DNA from: an uncultured delta proteobacterium
Lineage (GTDB): Bacteria > Desulfobacterota > Zymogenia > Zymogenales > Zymogenaceae
Assembly (NCBI GenBank): GCA_963735595.1
Contig: CAVTLK010000001.1
Location: 467,796 to 531,795, forward strand
DNA: 64,000 nucleotides
Reading direction: 5' to 3'
The position numbers and the translations under genes are program-made. A model generated the notes under the pieces. That model was not told the DNA's origin and searched no databases. It saw only the letters and a program-made list of their open reading frames with translations. Shown here piece after piece: positions 43,209-56,643 of the stretch; position 1 is the first letter of the stretch; every line of letters begins with the position of its first letter.

Positions 43209-45596
43209 GTGAGGATAGTAAAGATAATCATAGCCGCCGTAGCGGTCCTTATCGCACTTGCAGTGGCGGGAACGTGGCTCTACCTCAAGGCAATCGTTCC
43301 CACGTACGAGGGGGAGCTGTCGCTCCCGGGTATTACGGACGGGGCCGTCGTTATCAGGGACATCTACGGCGTACCCCATATCTATGCGGACACCACGCAC
43401 GATCTCTACTTTGCCCTCGGCTACTGCCAGGCGCAGGACCGCCTCTTCCAGATGGATTTCTACCGCAGGGCTGCGCGGGGCAGGCTGTCCGAGGTCTTGG
43501 GGAAGGACCTCCTTGACGCCGACCGATATCTGGTAACGATGGGATTTGCCCGCACCGCGGAAAAGCAGCTTGAGAGCCTTCCTCCCGATCTGAGGGAGAT
43601 CGTCGAGGCGTTTTCGGCAGGAATCAACGCTTCTATCGAACACAACCCCCTGCCCGTCGAATTCAGGATTCTCGGGTACCGCCCCGAACCGTGGACCGCC
43701 GAGGATTCCCAGGCCATCGGGAACCTCATCAGCTTTCAGCTCGCCGGGTGGGCGTATAAGAACGAGATCCTCAACTGGCTCATACTCGACAAGCTCGGAC
43801 CGGAGCGGGCCGCCGAATTCCTCCCCTTTCTCCCGAAGGAGACCGTCTTTATAACTGCAGGACTCTCGCCCATGTCCGACGCCCCCCGGATATCCGACGA
43901 ATCCAGGAGCTTCCTCTCGTTTTTCATAAACCGGGTCCTCGCCAGCAACAATTGGGTCGTGTCGGGGCGAAAATCGGAGACGGGGGGACCGATCCTCTGC
44001 GAGGATTCCCATGAGTCGGGGCCGGAGATGCCCACCCAGTGGCACCTCTCGCATCTGGTCGGCCCCGGTATCAACATCGCCGGGGCCATGTTCCCCGGGG
44101 CCCCGATCTTCGTTTTCGGGCACAACGACCATATCGCCTGGGGGGTCACCAACTTTACCCTCGATACCCAGGACCTCTATATTGAAAGGATCAATCCCGA
44201 AAACGAGAACCAGGTCATGTTTGAAGGGAAATGGGTCGATATGGAGGTGATAACCGAAACGATCCCCGTCAAGGGAGACGACGGCGTTGTGAATGAAACG
44301 ATTACCGTCCGCATGACCCCTCACGGCCCGATTATCAACGATGTCGAATCGGGACTGGGCGATACCCCGGTGAGCCTGTGCGCCCAGGGATTCGGGCCGT
44401 GGCCCCTGTTTGAAGCCTTCTATCTGCTCAACACTGCCACCAACTGGGACGAATTCACCAAGGCCCTTTCGATTTACGCCGCCGGTCCCCAGCACTTCGT
44501 CTACGCCGACACCGGCGGCACGATCGGATACGTCGGCGCGGGTAAATGCCCCATCAGGACAAACAGCACCGGGCTCCTCCCGAAACCGGGATGGGACGGG
44601 ACGTTCGAATGGCGGGGATACTATCCCTTCGAATCTATGCCGATGTTGAAAGATCCCGAAAAGGGCTACATCGGGACGGCCAACAATCCCCCGGTACCGG
44701 GCAAATCACCGGTATTCTTATCTGATTACTGGGAGTCTCCATGGCGGGCCGCCAGGATCGACGAGCTGCTGTCGGCAAAGGACCGTCTGGGATTTTCCGA
44801 TATGAAACAGATGCAGCTCGATGTGAAATCGGGGCTGGCGGAGCGGGTCGTGCCGATCTTTGTGGCAACGCTCAAAAGAAACGGGACTGATACGCTCGCC
44901 CCCTACATCGACTCGCTGGCCGCCTGGGACTACCGGTCGCTGCCCGATTCGGCCGGCGCCGCGATCTTTGAGATAACTTTTAACGAGCTTCTGACCGAGA
45001 CATTTGCCGACGAACTGGGAGACGACCTATTCTCGCGTTTCATGGACGATAAATCCGTCGCGGCGAATACCCTCTTCCGTCTGATCACCGACGACCAGTC
45101 ATCCAACTTCTTTGACAATATAGAAACGGAAAAACGCGAGACCTTCGAGGATGCCCTCATGATGGCCTTCGGGGACGCGGTCGTCGTGCTCTCGGACGCC
45201 CAGGGAAGCGACCCCTCGGCGTGGCGCTGGGGCGCGGTCCATACCGTCGAGTTTTCCCATGTCTTCGGACAGGTTACGGCCCTGAGGCCCTTTTTCAACT
45301 ACGGGCCGTTCCCCTTCTCCGGTAGTGACCAGTCCCTTAACCGGGGCGGCTACAACAAGAACAAACCCTACGCCGTCGATATCACGGCTTCCATCCGGTA
45401 TATCATTGACCTGGCCGATCTCAACGGGTCGCTGGTCGTTTTATCGACCGGACAATGCCAGAGCCTGACGAGCCCCCACCGGGAAGACATGGCCGATCTC
45501 TTCCTGACGGGGGACTATATCGCCTGGTACTTCGATCGAAAGGCCGTCGAGGATAATGCAGAGGGGACTATACGGTTTAAGCCGGAAGGTAAATAG
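43209..45596 (+). CDS. Penicillin acylase family (S45 Ntn hydrolase), N-terminally anchored
   Basis: RDIYGVPHIYA, GYCQAQDRLFQM, catalytic-Ser motif ASNNWV, ANN, WRWG; intact. Confidence 0.93.
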   Translation: MRIVKIIIAAVAVLIALAVAGTWLYLKAIVPTYEGELSLPGITDGAVVIRDIYGVPHIYADTTHDLYFALGYCQAQDRLFQMDFYRRAARGRLSEVLGKDLLDADRYLVTMGFARTAEKQLESLPPDLREIVEAFSAGINASIEHNPLPVEFRILGYRPEPWTAEDSQAIGNLISFQLAGWAYKNEILNWLILDKLGPERAAEFLPFLPKETVFITAGLSPMSDAPRISDESRSFLSFFINRVLASNNWVVSGRKSETGGPILCEDSHESGPEMPTQWHLSHLVGPGINIAGAMFPGAPIFVFGHNDHIAWGVTNFTLDTQDLYIERINPENENQVMFEGKWVDMEVITETIPVKGDDGVVNETITVRMTPHGPIINDVESGLGDTPVSLCAQGFGPWPLFEAFYLLNTATNWDEFTKALSIYAAGPQHFVYADTGGTIGYVGAGKCPIRTNSTGLLPKPGWDGTFEWRGYYPFESMPMLKDPEKGYIGTANNPPVPGKSPVFLSDYWESPWRAARIDELLSAKDRLGFSDMKQMQLDVKSGLAERVVPIFVATLKRNGTDTLAPYIDSLAAWDYRSLPDSAGAAIFEITFNELLTETFADELGDDLFSRFMDDKSVAANTLFRLITDDQSSNFFDNIETEKRETFEDALMMAFGDAVVVLSDAQGSDPSAWRWGAVHTVEFSHVFGQVTALRPFFNYGPFPFSGSDQSLNRGGYNKNKPYAVDITASIRYIIDLADLNGSLVVLSTGQCQSLTSPHREDMADLFLTGDYIAWYFDRKAVEDNAEGTIRFKPEGK

Positions 45597-45669
45597 AAAT
45601 GCCTGTCGGGGCGCCGTCTCCATGACTCCGTAAATCTCGAAACCGTCGCCGCCGGGGGGGGGATGGCGC

Positions 45670-46475
45670 TTACCCTCGGTAGTGCATCGTATTGACTACC
45701 GGATGCGATACCGTAACCCGTGCGGCGATTTCCTCGACCAGGTGATGCTCTTTAGCGTTGTGAATAACGCCCTTGAGCAGCACGGATTTCCCGTCAAAAA
45801 CGACCTCGAGCGTGGGGAGGTTGATGCGCGTATCGGTCATAAGGGCCGCCCTGACCCTGGCCGCGTCGGCCCGACCAGCCAGCAGATCGGCCGCCTCGGG
45901 GGTTCTCAGTTTGTCCCTTTCGATAAGAGCGGCGTGATTATCCCGGCGATCTCTTCGTAGGTCTCGGTTCCCGAGTTGAAGACCATATCGTAGTTGGCGA
46001 CGTCCTCCCAGTCCCCTGCCGTAGTTCTTGTTGACGTAGTCTGCCCGGGTCTTGTCGATCCTGGCGATTTCGCGGTGAGCGGTCTTCTCTCCGACACCGT
46101 CCTCTTTCATCATCCGGGTGACGCGTATCTCCACCGGAGCCACGAGCCTGACCCTGAGCGACATGGGGGATTTCCCTGAGCAGGTAGTTGCCTCCCCGGC
46201 CGATGATAACGACGTTATCTTTTAGGGCATGTTCGTATAGTGATCGATTCGACCAGCGCGACGAGGCCGTGGTATTCCCAGTCGAACCGTTCCCAGATGC
46301 TGGGTGAGTTTTCGTCGAACGCCAGATCCGCCCCCGGCCACCGTTTACCGTATTTCTTGATATCTGCAAGAATGAGTTTTCTGTTGACTAATTGATACCC
46401 GAGATGCCCGGGCAACGGCGGTCCGATTTCATTACTGCCGCTCTGGCACTCCCGCGAGATGGTCAGTATCGCCAT
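45670..46475 (-). CDS. Cytidylate-kinase-like family protein with C-terminal BON-like domain (indels)
   Basis: MAILTISRE..SG, VVIIGRGG, RVRLVAP, YDMVFN; tail ARVRAALMTD.RI...V.LKG...VVNTM. Confidence 0.8.
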
Positions 46476-46477
46476 GA

Positions 46478-47248
46478 TTACCCCCGATTATCGGCTTTTG
46501 TATCGGGATCCTTGTGCGGGATGAGGTGATCCATCTCCCGTTCCTCGCGGGACGCCGCTTGACCGTTATCCAGAGCCTCCCGACGACGATGACCGCGACG
46601 TAAAGAAGGCCTGCACGCCATACTCAACGCTTTGAATGGCCGATCTTCGAGACAACAAACGGGTCGGTGATCATCATCTCGCCGCCTACCCTGCCGAGTA
46701 CCGCGGTGCCGATGTACAGGATGACAGGATACCGGTCCATCAGCATGGACAAGGAGATTGCTGGTGAACACGACAAACGGGATGGAAAGACCGAGCCCGA
46801 AGACCAGGAGGAACAGGTTTCCCTCGGACGCCCCCGCCACGGCCAGGATATTGTCGACCGACATGGTTATATCGGCTATGATGATGAGCCACATCGCCTG
46901 GAGCAGGCTTGCGGCCTGTTTGCCGCCCTCATCACCGTCCCCCCCGCTGATAAAGAGCTTTACGGCAATCCAGATGATCAGGATGCCTCCGATGAACTTT
47001 ATGAACATGATCTCCAGGAGCTTGGAGGCAAAGAAGGTAAGCGCCACACGCAGGATTACGGCGGCCCCTGCCCCCATGATTATCCCTTGTTTTCGCTTTT
47101 TTCTCGGGAGGTTTCTCACGGCCATGGCAATGACCACGGCATTGTCACCGGCCAGCACCAGGTCTATCAACACGATTGACAGCAGTGCGAACAGGAACTG
47201 CCAGGTAAATTCTATGTGTCCCAATATGCCGAAATCCACGATGCGCAC
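46478..47248 (-). CDS. TerC-family (YjbE-like) membrane protein (indels)
   Basis: IDLVLAGDNAVVIAMA, IIIADITMSVDNILAVAGA, GLGLSIP. Confidence 0.9.
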   Translation of the reverse strand: MRIVDFGILGHIEFTWQFLFALLSIVLIDLVLAGDNAVVIAMAVRNLPRKKRKQGIIMGAGAAVILRVALTFFASKLLEIMFIKFIGGILIIWIAVKLFISGGDGDEGGKQAASLLQAMWLIIIADITMSVDNILAVAGASEGNLFLLVFGLGLSIPFVVFTSNLLVHADGPVSCHPVHRHRGTRQGRRRDDDHRPVCCLEDRPFKALSMACRPSLRRGHRRREALDNGQAASREEREMDHLIPHKDPDTKADNRG

Positions 47249-47407
47249 CCCCGCCTACAGCCGGTCATTCAATCGAACAATACTCGTGTCGAAAGGATGC
47301 TTATATATCCCAAAAAGAGATCGGTTGTCAAGGATAATAGAATCCGCCGCTTTGATAAAACTCCGGGAATTTTATCCGGTTCTATTCATTTGTCAATTCG
47401 TTTCCGA

Positions 47408-47436
47408 TTGAAAAACCGCGCCCGCCGGGCTATACT
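47408..47436 (+). promoter_or_regulatory. Putative sigma70 promoter of the P-type ATPase
   Basis: TTGAAA-17 bp-TATACT. Confidence 0.6.
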
Positions 47437-47500
47437 AATCCACATGGTACGCTTTAGAACGTACCGAGGACGTTTTAATACAATTGATGAGCCGAGGCTG

Positions 47501-50197
<2,697 letters not shown>

Positions 50198-50435
50198 ACG
50201 GAGGGGTACCTCCTTCTTCCCCGGGCGCGCCACCGCCCGGACGCCGCGTGAAACCGAAGCCAAGACCGTCTTACTGGTTTTACCGTTTCCTAATCCTGTT
50301 TCTAATCGCCGGTATTGGTTCTCATCTGCCGTCATGTCCATGCCGGATAGCGACTGATAGACACAACTAGATTGTAGTTTACTATTTCACTGCATACTAT
50401 ATAATAGGTTACAAATCCCACTGGGGAGGTACGTG

Positions 50436-51008
50436 ATGGAAAGAAACGGTTTTCTCAAACGGTTTCTCGGCCCCGTCTTTTTTGTCTTTGTTGTCTTGAG
50501 CCTTTCATGGGCGGCCTATATGCTCTCTCCCCGCATACCGAGCTTCGCCCTCTTCCAGATCGTCGCAACCGTCTCCGGTATCGTGCTATTCATCAGTCTC
50601 GGTCTCGGGGCGCTCTACGTCTACTACGTCTCATACGTGAGGGGAGCCGGTTTTGCGGAGCGGGTCATTGCAGCCTTAGTCAATCCGCTTATCTGGATGA
50701 CGAAGGAAGTGGCCGTTATCGGCTCCGTTTACACCGTGCCCGAGGCACTCTACTACTACCTGAACCCAGTTCACCTGCTGCTCCTGGGGGCGGTCGTCGC
50801 CGAAATGGGAGTGGCCGAGCTTCTCGTCAGGCGCAGACTTAAGGCTGCCGGCTCAGGACAACGGGTCATTACGGTTCCGGCGGTGACGGCCGTTGTCCTC
50901 GGCGTTTTCTGGATTGCCTTCATGTTCCTCTGGGACCTCGGCGTCCATCATTTCTATATCTTCCAGGAAGGTTTTAAAGCACTCTTCGGCTTCGGGAGCG
51001 GACTATAA
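50436..51008 (+). CDS. Hypothetical membrane protein (~5 TM)
   Basis: GGAGG RBS, intact ORF with hydrophobic segments; 33 bp before the sulfatase. Confidence 0.8.
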   Translation: MERNGFLKRFLGPVFFVFVVLSLSWAAYMLSPRIPSFALFQIVATVSGIVLFISLGLGALYVYYVSYVRGAGFAERVIAALVNPLIWMTKEVAVIGSVYTVPEALYYYLNPVHLLLLGAVVAEMGVAELLVRRRLKAAGSGQRVITVPAVTAVVLGVFWIAFMFLWDLGVHHFYIFQEGFKALFGFGSGL

Positions 51009-51041
51009 TGAGAAACCCGCTACTTAACGGTGAGGTGAATC

Positions 51042-52448
51042 ATGACCAAGAACGATGACGAGTTCTATAATCGCTCCATAACCCGGCGCGAAGCTCTGGT
51101 CGCACTCGGACTGGCCTCGGCGGCCTCCATCACGGGAATAGGGTCCATTGATCGTGCCTGGGCCAATCCGGGGGCGGGTCTTCCGAACATTATCTTCATC
51201 CTTTCCGACGACCACCGCTGGGATCATATGGGCTGTGCAGGACACCCTTTTCTTCAGACCCCCGCGATGGACCGGCTCGCTGCCGAGGGGGTCCTCTTCG
51301 AAAACGCCTTTGTCACCACGTCGCTCTGCAGCCCTTCCCGGGCCTCGTTTTTAACCGGGACGTACGCCCATACTCACGGGGTAAAAAATAATATCACCCC
51401 ATGGAAGGGATCGAACGTCACGTTCCTGGAGACGATGAAGGTCCGCGGCTACGAAACCGCATTCATCGGCAAGTGGCACATGCCGGGCAGTATCCCGACG
51501 ATAACGGCCATCGACGAATTCATAACGTTCACTGCGCAGGGCGGCCAGGGGCAATACTTCAATTGCCCGCTCATCGTGAACGGCAAACAAGAACCGTCCC
51601 GAAAGGCATACATTACCGAGGAGCTGACCGACCGGGCCATCGAGTTTATTGATTCGCGCAAGGACAAACCGTTTTGCCTGTACCTTTCTCACAAGGCGGT
51701 GCATCACCAGTTCCTTCCGCCGCCCAATCTGAAGGGCCTCTATGATGACATCGACCTGAATCTGCCCGGGGAATTTGACCCCTGGATCACCGCCACAAAG
51801 GGGAACCTCCTCTACGGCGTCCTCGGACCGCTGCCCGGGCATTACCGCAACTACTGCGCGGCGCTGACTGCGCTGGATCGCGAAATTGGCAGGCTCCTGA
51901 ACAGGCTCGACGAGCTTGCTATCGCCGACAACACCATTGTTGTCTACGCCGGGGATAACGGTTATTTCTGGGGAGAACATAACCTCGTGGATAAGCGCTG
52001 GGCGTACGAAGAATCGATGCGGATACCGTTTATCGTGCGCTGGCCGTCGCGTATCGCCGATCCCGGCCGCCGCGCCGGTCAAATGGTCCTTAACGTGGAT
52101 CTCGCCCCCACGCTCTCGGACCTCACGGCAAGCCCGATGTCCGACCGGTTTGAAGGGGCGAGCTTACTGCCGGTCCTGATGTCTGCGGCTGCCCCCGGTC
52201 GGAACGACTGGTTCTACGAATATTTTTCTGATTATCCCTATCGGGTTCCGCCGCAGTACGCGGTGCGAACGTCAAGCCACAAATACATCGAATTCATGAC
52301 TAACCGTAAACCGGAGCTCTACGATGTTACTCATGACCCCAGGGAGCATCAGAATCTGTATGGTACGATTGAAGGAATCCAGGTGCAAAAGGAGCTCAAG
52401 GACCGTTTGGAATGGTATAAAGAACGATATCACGTGAACGGGGCGTAG
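51042..52448 (+). CDS. Tat-exported Cys-type sulfatase
   Basis: TRREAL Tat signal with AWA cleavage site, PNIIFILSDD, CSPSRASFLTG, GKWH, DNG, ELYD. Confidence 0.93.
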   Translation: MTKNDDEFYNRSITRREALVALGLASAASITGIGSIDRAWANPGAGLPNIIFILSDDHRWDHMGCAGHPFLQTPAMDRLAAEGVLFENAFVTTSLCSPSRASFLTGTYAHTHGVKNNITPWKGSNVTFLETMKVRGYETAFIGKWHMPGSIPTITAIDEFITFTAQGGQGQYFNCPLIVNGKQEPSRKAYITEELTDRAIEFIDSRKDKPFCLYLSHKAVHHQFLPPPNLKGLYDDIDLNLPGEFDPWITATKGNLLYGVLGPLPGHYRNYCAALTALDREIGRLLNRLDELAIADNTIVVYAGDNGYFWGEHNLVDKRWAYEESMRIPFIVRWPSRIADPGRRAGQMVLNVDLAPTLSDLTASPMSDRFEGASLLPVLMSAAAPGRNDWFYEYFSDYPYRVPPQYAVRTSSHKYIEFMTNRKPELYDVTHDPREHQNLYGTIEGIQVQKELKDRLEWYKERYHVNGA

Positions 52449-52645
52449 CGCCCCGCTTGTGAAAGCCTCGCATTAACCGGCTCCGGACCATTTTCGGCGC
52501 GGAATAGTACGTTACCGTCGCTACGTAACTTTTCATATAAAGAGCGCCAGCCCTTGCGACAAAGGGTTCCCGTCCTTTTGATTATCGCGCATGTTCTTCG
52601 TAATGGAGGTTACGCTGTTTTGAGGAAATCCCATATGGTGCTGCA

Positions 52646-53591
52646 ATGAACCGACAAGATACGCGCACTAAACCCGGGGACATTCTGTTGCTAATCATGT
52701 ATCGCCTGTTCGTGAACACGATTGGCTGTTTCCCCTTGCCGGTTGTACGATACTGCTGCCGAATTATCTTTCTGTTTCCTTTATCCCCTCGCCGGTCTGT
52801 TGTTCGGCCTTCGGCGTCGTGTCGCCCGAAACTTACGCGCCGCCTACCGCGACGTCCCTGACCATCCGCGAGTCAAAAACGATCGCCCGAAGGGTCCTCT
52901 ATAACCAGCTCCTCTTTTTCATGGAGCTCTTCTTCTACTACCATCAAGAGAAACAAGAAGTACCTTAAGAGGAATCGGTATCGATCGAGGGCATTGAGAA
53001 CCTCGCCGCCGCCCGCGAACGGCTCAAGAGGGGTAATCGGAATCAGCGCGCCACCTCGGCAACTTCCAGCTCATGATGCTCAGGCTCTCGTTGAGGACGG
53101 TAGATTCGCCGCCCTGATTAAGAACCCAAAATCCAAGGTACTGTCCGATGCGTGGATCGAGTACATGGATGAGCTTCGGCCTCAGAACTATCATGATGAA
53201 AAATCGGGTTTCGGCGACAAAACAGATCATACGGGAGCTGAGGCGATCTGCCTTTATCATGTTTGTTGCCGACGAATTCACGCGGCGGAGCGCGCATGTC
53301 GTTACCTTCTTCGGGAAAAGGACCTCCATGGCGGCGGGGCCGGCACAGCTTTCTCGCTGAAGATGGGCATACCACTGTTGCCGTGCTTTCATCATCCGGG
53401 AAGATACGGGTCGTTACCGGATCATCATTGAACAGGCCGATCGAGATTGACGCTTCGGGCGATTACGAGGTCGATTGCCGGACCGTTACGCAGACAGCGC
53501 ATCGATATACTTGAAAGATTTATCAGGCGCTATACCGACCAGTGGTTCTGGACTCAGATCCCGATGGAAGAAGAGGATACTCAAAGAATGA
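52646..53591 (+). CDS. Lipid A lauroyl-transferase-like (LpxL-family) acyltransferase, heavily frameshifted
   Basis: Fragments across frames: RNLRAAY, HLGNFQL, FVADE, VTFFGK...GPA, LERFIRRYTDQWFW. Confidence 0.7.
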
Positions 53592-53741
53592 ATAGACGTC
53601 TGGTGTATACGTCCAGGTGCGACTATTTTTATTGCCTTTCTCTCATTCATGATATAATATTATCATTTATGTCTTTTCGGCCTGGTCTAACGCTATCCCA
53701 GCATTCTCGAGGCATCGCCGGCACGAGAGGAGGAACATACT

Positions 53742-54715
53742 GTGATCAACAGCGAGCATCTCGATACCATCAACCTGCGTAGCTACTCCTTTGTTCAGGT
53801 ACTCCTCGGCAGGCTGCTCCTTATCCCGAACTACCATTTTTTTTCCCGGGTCAAAATTATTATCGAGAACTATGAAAATATCCCGAAGGACGAGACGGTC
53901 ATCTTCGCGCTCAACCATACGGACCGATATAATTACTGGCCCTTCCAGTATAAGATGTGGCGACAGGGCAAGGGAAAACTTCCCCAGACCACGACGTGGG
54001 TAAAGGGAGAGTATTACGGTAATATCCTGATGCGTAAGTTTTTCGACTGGACCAACAACATTCCTGTTCCCTCCAGGGGATACCTGATCAGAGAGGATTT
54101 CAGAGAGCATCGTCAATGAGAAGATATCCAAAATGGAATACCGTATTCTTCGGGATTATGCGAGCCGGAAGACCACCCTTAAAAAGATCGGCGCCGAAAT
54201 GACCGAAAATATCAGAAAGGTTATCAACTACCCCCGAAAGTTCATTATCCGGCATCGAGATCCCCTATTCCGACTATATCGATTCATACTATCGCCAGCT
54301 CATGGCAAAGTCGCGGAGATCAACTTCAGGGCGCTTTTTGATAAGAACCTGAATGTCATCATCTTCCCCGAGGGAACCCGGTCTCTCACGCTCGGCACCG
54401 GCAAGACCGGCATCGCCCATCTCGCCCTCAAGTCGGGTAAAAAGGTTGTTCCGGTGGGTTGTAACGGCAGCGACCGGGTTTATCCCGGGAAATCTCCCCT
54501 GGGCAAAGAGCGGCACGATCGTCTATCGGATTGGAACGCCGATCGATCCCCGGGAGATCGTTGGAGACATCGATCGGTCGTTTGTCCCGTTCTCACGCGA
54601 GGCCGAAGTTGAGCTTAATGATGAATTCCGTGAATTCACTCAGTTTGTCATGGAGCGTATCAATGAGCTGCTCGACGACCACCATCGGTCTTTATCCCCG
54701 ATAACGGTGGTCTGA
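53742..54715 (+). CDS. PlsC-like lysophospholipid acyltransferase (indels)
   Basis: FALNHTDRYN, IIFPEGTRS, KTGIAHLAL, VVPVG; GAGGAGG RBS. Confidence 0.82.
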
Positions 54716-54788
54716 TCGAACAAGACCCGTACGGCAACGCGACAAAATCGGCGGGGCTAAAATCGGTAGTAACAGGTAAATACGATAA

Positions 54789-54815
54789 AGAAGGGGGGCG
54801 AACGCTCCCCCTTCT
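54789..54815. terminator. Bidirectional hairpin between convergent genes
   Basis: AGAAGGGGG-GCGAACGCT-CCCCCTTCT. Confidence 0.65.
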
Positions 54816-54835
54816 CGTTCTGCCAGCCGGTCTTC

Positions 54836-55612
54836 TTATCTGCCGCGAATGCGGGATTCCTGCCTGCACCTTCTCATAGAGCACGATACCCACCGATACT
54901 CCGACGTTGAGCGACGTAATTCGTCCGGCAAGCGGGATAGACAGGATGCGGTCGCACTTGTTGCGAATCGTTATCTGATAGCCCCTTATCCTCGCCACCG
55001 AAGACGAAGGCCGCCGGCCCCGGTCAGGTCGGCGTTATAGTAGTCGATATCGCCCTCTGCCTCCACGCCGAATAGCATGATACCCTCACGCCGCATCAGT
55101 GAAAGGGCACTCGTCGGGCTCTCGTGTATTACCGGGATATATTCGGAAGCCCCCATGGAGATGCGGGATACCGCCGCGGACAGCGGAGCGCTGCGCCGGG
55201 AGGGTATAATCACCCCGTCCACCCCGGCCCCGTCGGCCGTTCTCAGGATCGCCCCCACGTTTTGTTCGTACATCACCTCCCCGAGCACCACGATACAGCG
55301 GGTCCTTTACCCCCGCAAGTGACACGAGGAGTTCCTTCAGGGACATCCGGGGTCTCGGTGCCGCCATTGCAATGACGCCCTGGTGGGAACCGGTCGATGA
55401 TATCCGATCGAGCCTCTCTCTTCCTGACGGCCGCCGGCTGAATCCCCTCGGCACGCGGCAAGCCGAATGATTTCGTCGATCTTCCCCTTTACCTCAATCC
55501 CATTATCAATATAGATGGATTTTATCCGTCGTCCCGCCCTGAGCGCTTCTAAAACGACATTTCTTCCCTCAAGCGGGACATACTGCTTTTCGTGCCGGCC
55601 TCTGTCTCTCAT
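54836..55612 (-). CDS. rlmB: 23S rRNA Gm2251 methyltransferase (SpoU/TrmH family; indels)
   Basis: EGRNVVLEAL, HQGVIA, NVGAILRTA, IPLAGRITSLNV. Confidence 0.88.
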
Positions 55613-55664
55613 CTTCCTTTTCTCGATTCTCCAGTCGCCCCGGTATCGTCGGTGCGGTTACCGC

Positions 55665-56055
55665 TCACCCCTGCTGGGCGACGCCGGGATCACCGCTTTT
55701 ATTCCCTTTCTTTATCGGATCCGTTGACGGCCTTTTATCCTCAATCAGCTCCGCTTTTTCAGTCCCGGACGAGCCGGTTTTATTGGTAATACCGTCCAGG
55801 AAATCACGATATGCCGTTATCTCGTAAAGGAGGACGCCGATGATAACGGCAAACGCCCCCAAATCGTCAACTATGCCGATAACCGGGAATATTCCAGGGA
55901 TGAAATCAAAGGGGATAAGGATGTAAAATATGAGAACGAGATACATTAGCTTTCGCCCGAAGGGTATGGTGTATCCCTTATCATTCATCATCTGAATGAG
56001 GAAACGGTAGTCCTTGACGATATTGAATAGGTCCAGGAGATGATTCGATTGTCAT
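55665..56055 (-). CDS. YkvA/DUF1232-family membrane protein (indel near the start)
   Basis: YILIPFDFIPGIFPVIGIVDD; AAGGAG RBS before the ATG at 56055. Confidence 0.8.
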
Positions 56056-56208
56056 GTCAGTATCTCCTTTGTTGCATCACCTCGGTACGCATAATCCGCC
56101 ACATCCGCCCTCTATCGATCGTAGCGTGATTTCTATTGGGACAGCCTTCCCCCATGAGCCGGGCGCCGGACCCGGGTTTGCGTCGGCTTCGGACGGTTCG
56201 ACCCATCA

Positions 56209-56643
56209 CTATAACGTCTCAAAAGATACACCCCGTTTCTTGGCCCTGTCTATCAGGTCCTGTATTGTGGTCTTTCCAAAGAAGCCCTCGAGAATATCCC
56301 CCGCCTCTTTCCAGACATCCTGCGTGACGCACTTGACCGCCATTTCACATCCTGCCACCCCTTCAATACAGTCCACGAGCTGTATCGGACCTTCGACGGC
56401 CCGCACAATCATCAGGAGCGTAATATCCTTCGGAGGATAGGCCAGCGTGTACCCGCCGGATCGCCCCCTATGACTGCTAATTAGTCCCGCCCGCTTGAGC
56501 TTTAGAAAAATCTGACCGATATAATTAAGCGATATCTGCTGACGTGCGGAAACCTGAGAGGCACGGACCAGATTGCCTTGGCCGCAATAGGCAATATCAA
56601 ACAGCGCACGAACCCCATATCTCGAGAGCGTAGTCAGTTTCAT
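56209..56643 (-). CDS. Rrf2-family (IscR-like) transcriptional regulator
   Basis: SRYGVRAL, S.RG..GGY.L, three C-terminal Cys (C-x6-C-x5-C). Confidence 0.92.
   Translation of the reverse strand: MKLTTLSRYGVRALFDIAYCGQGNLVRASQVSARQQISLNYIGQIFLKLKRAGLISSHRGRSGGYTLAYPPKDITLLMIVRAVEGPIQLVDCIEGVAGCEMAVKCVTQDVWKEAGDILEGFFGKTTIQDLIDRAKKRGVSFETL

Noticed and set aside
50248-50370. 40-codon ORF (KPKPRPSYWFYRFLILFLIAGIG...) after the ATPase
   Set aside because: No clear RBS and no recognisable homology; may be a remnant or chance.
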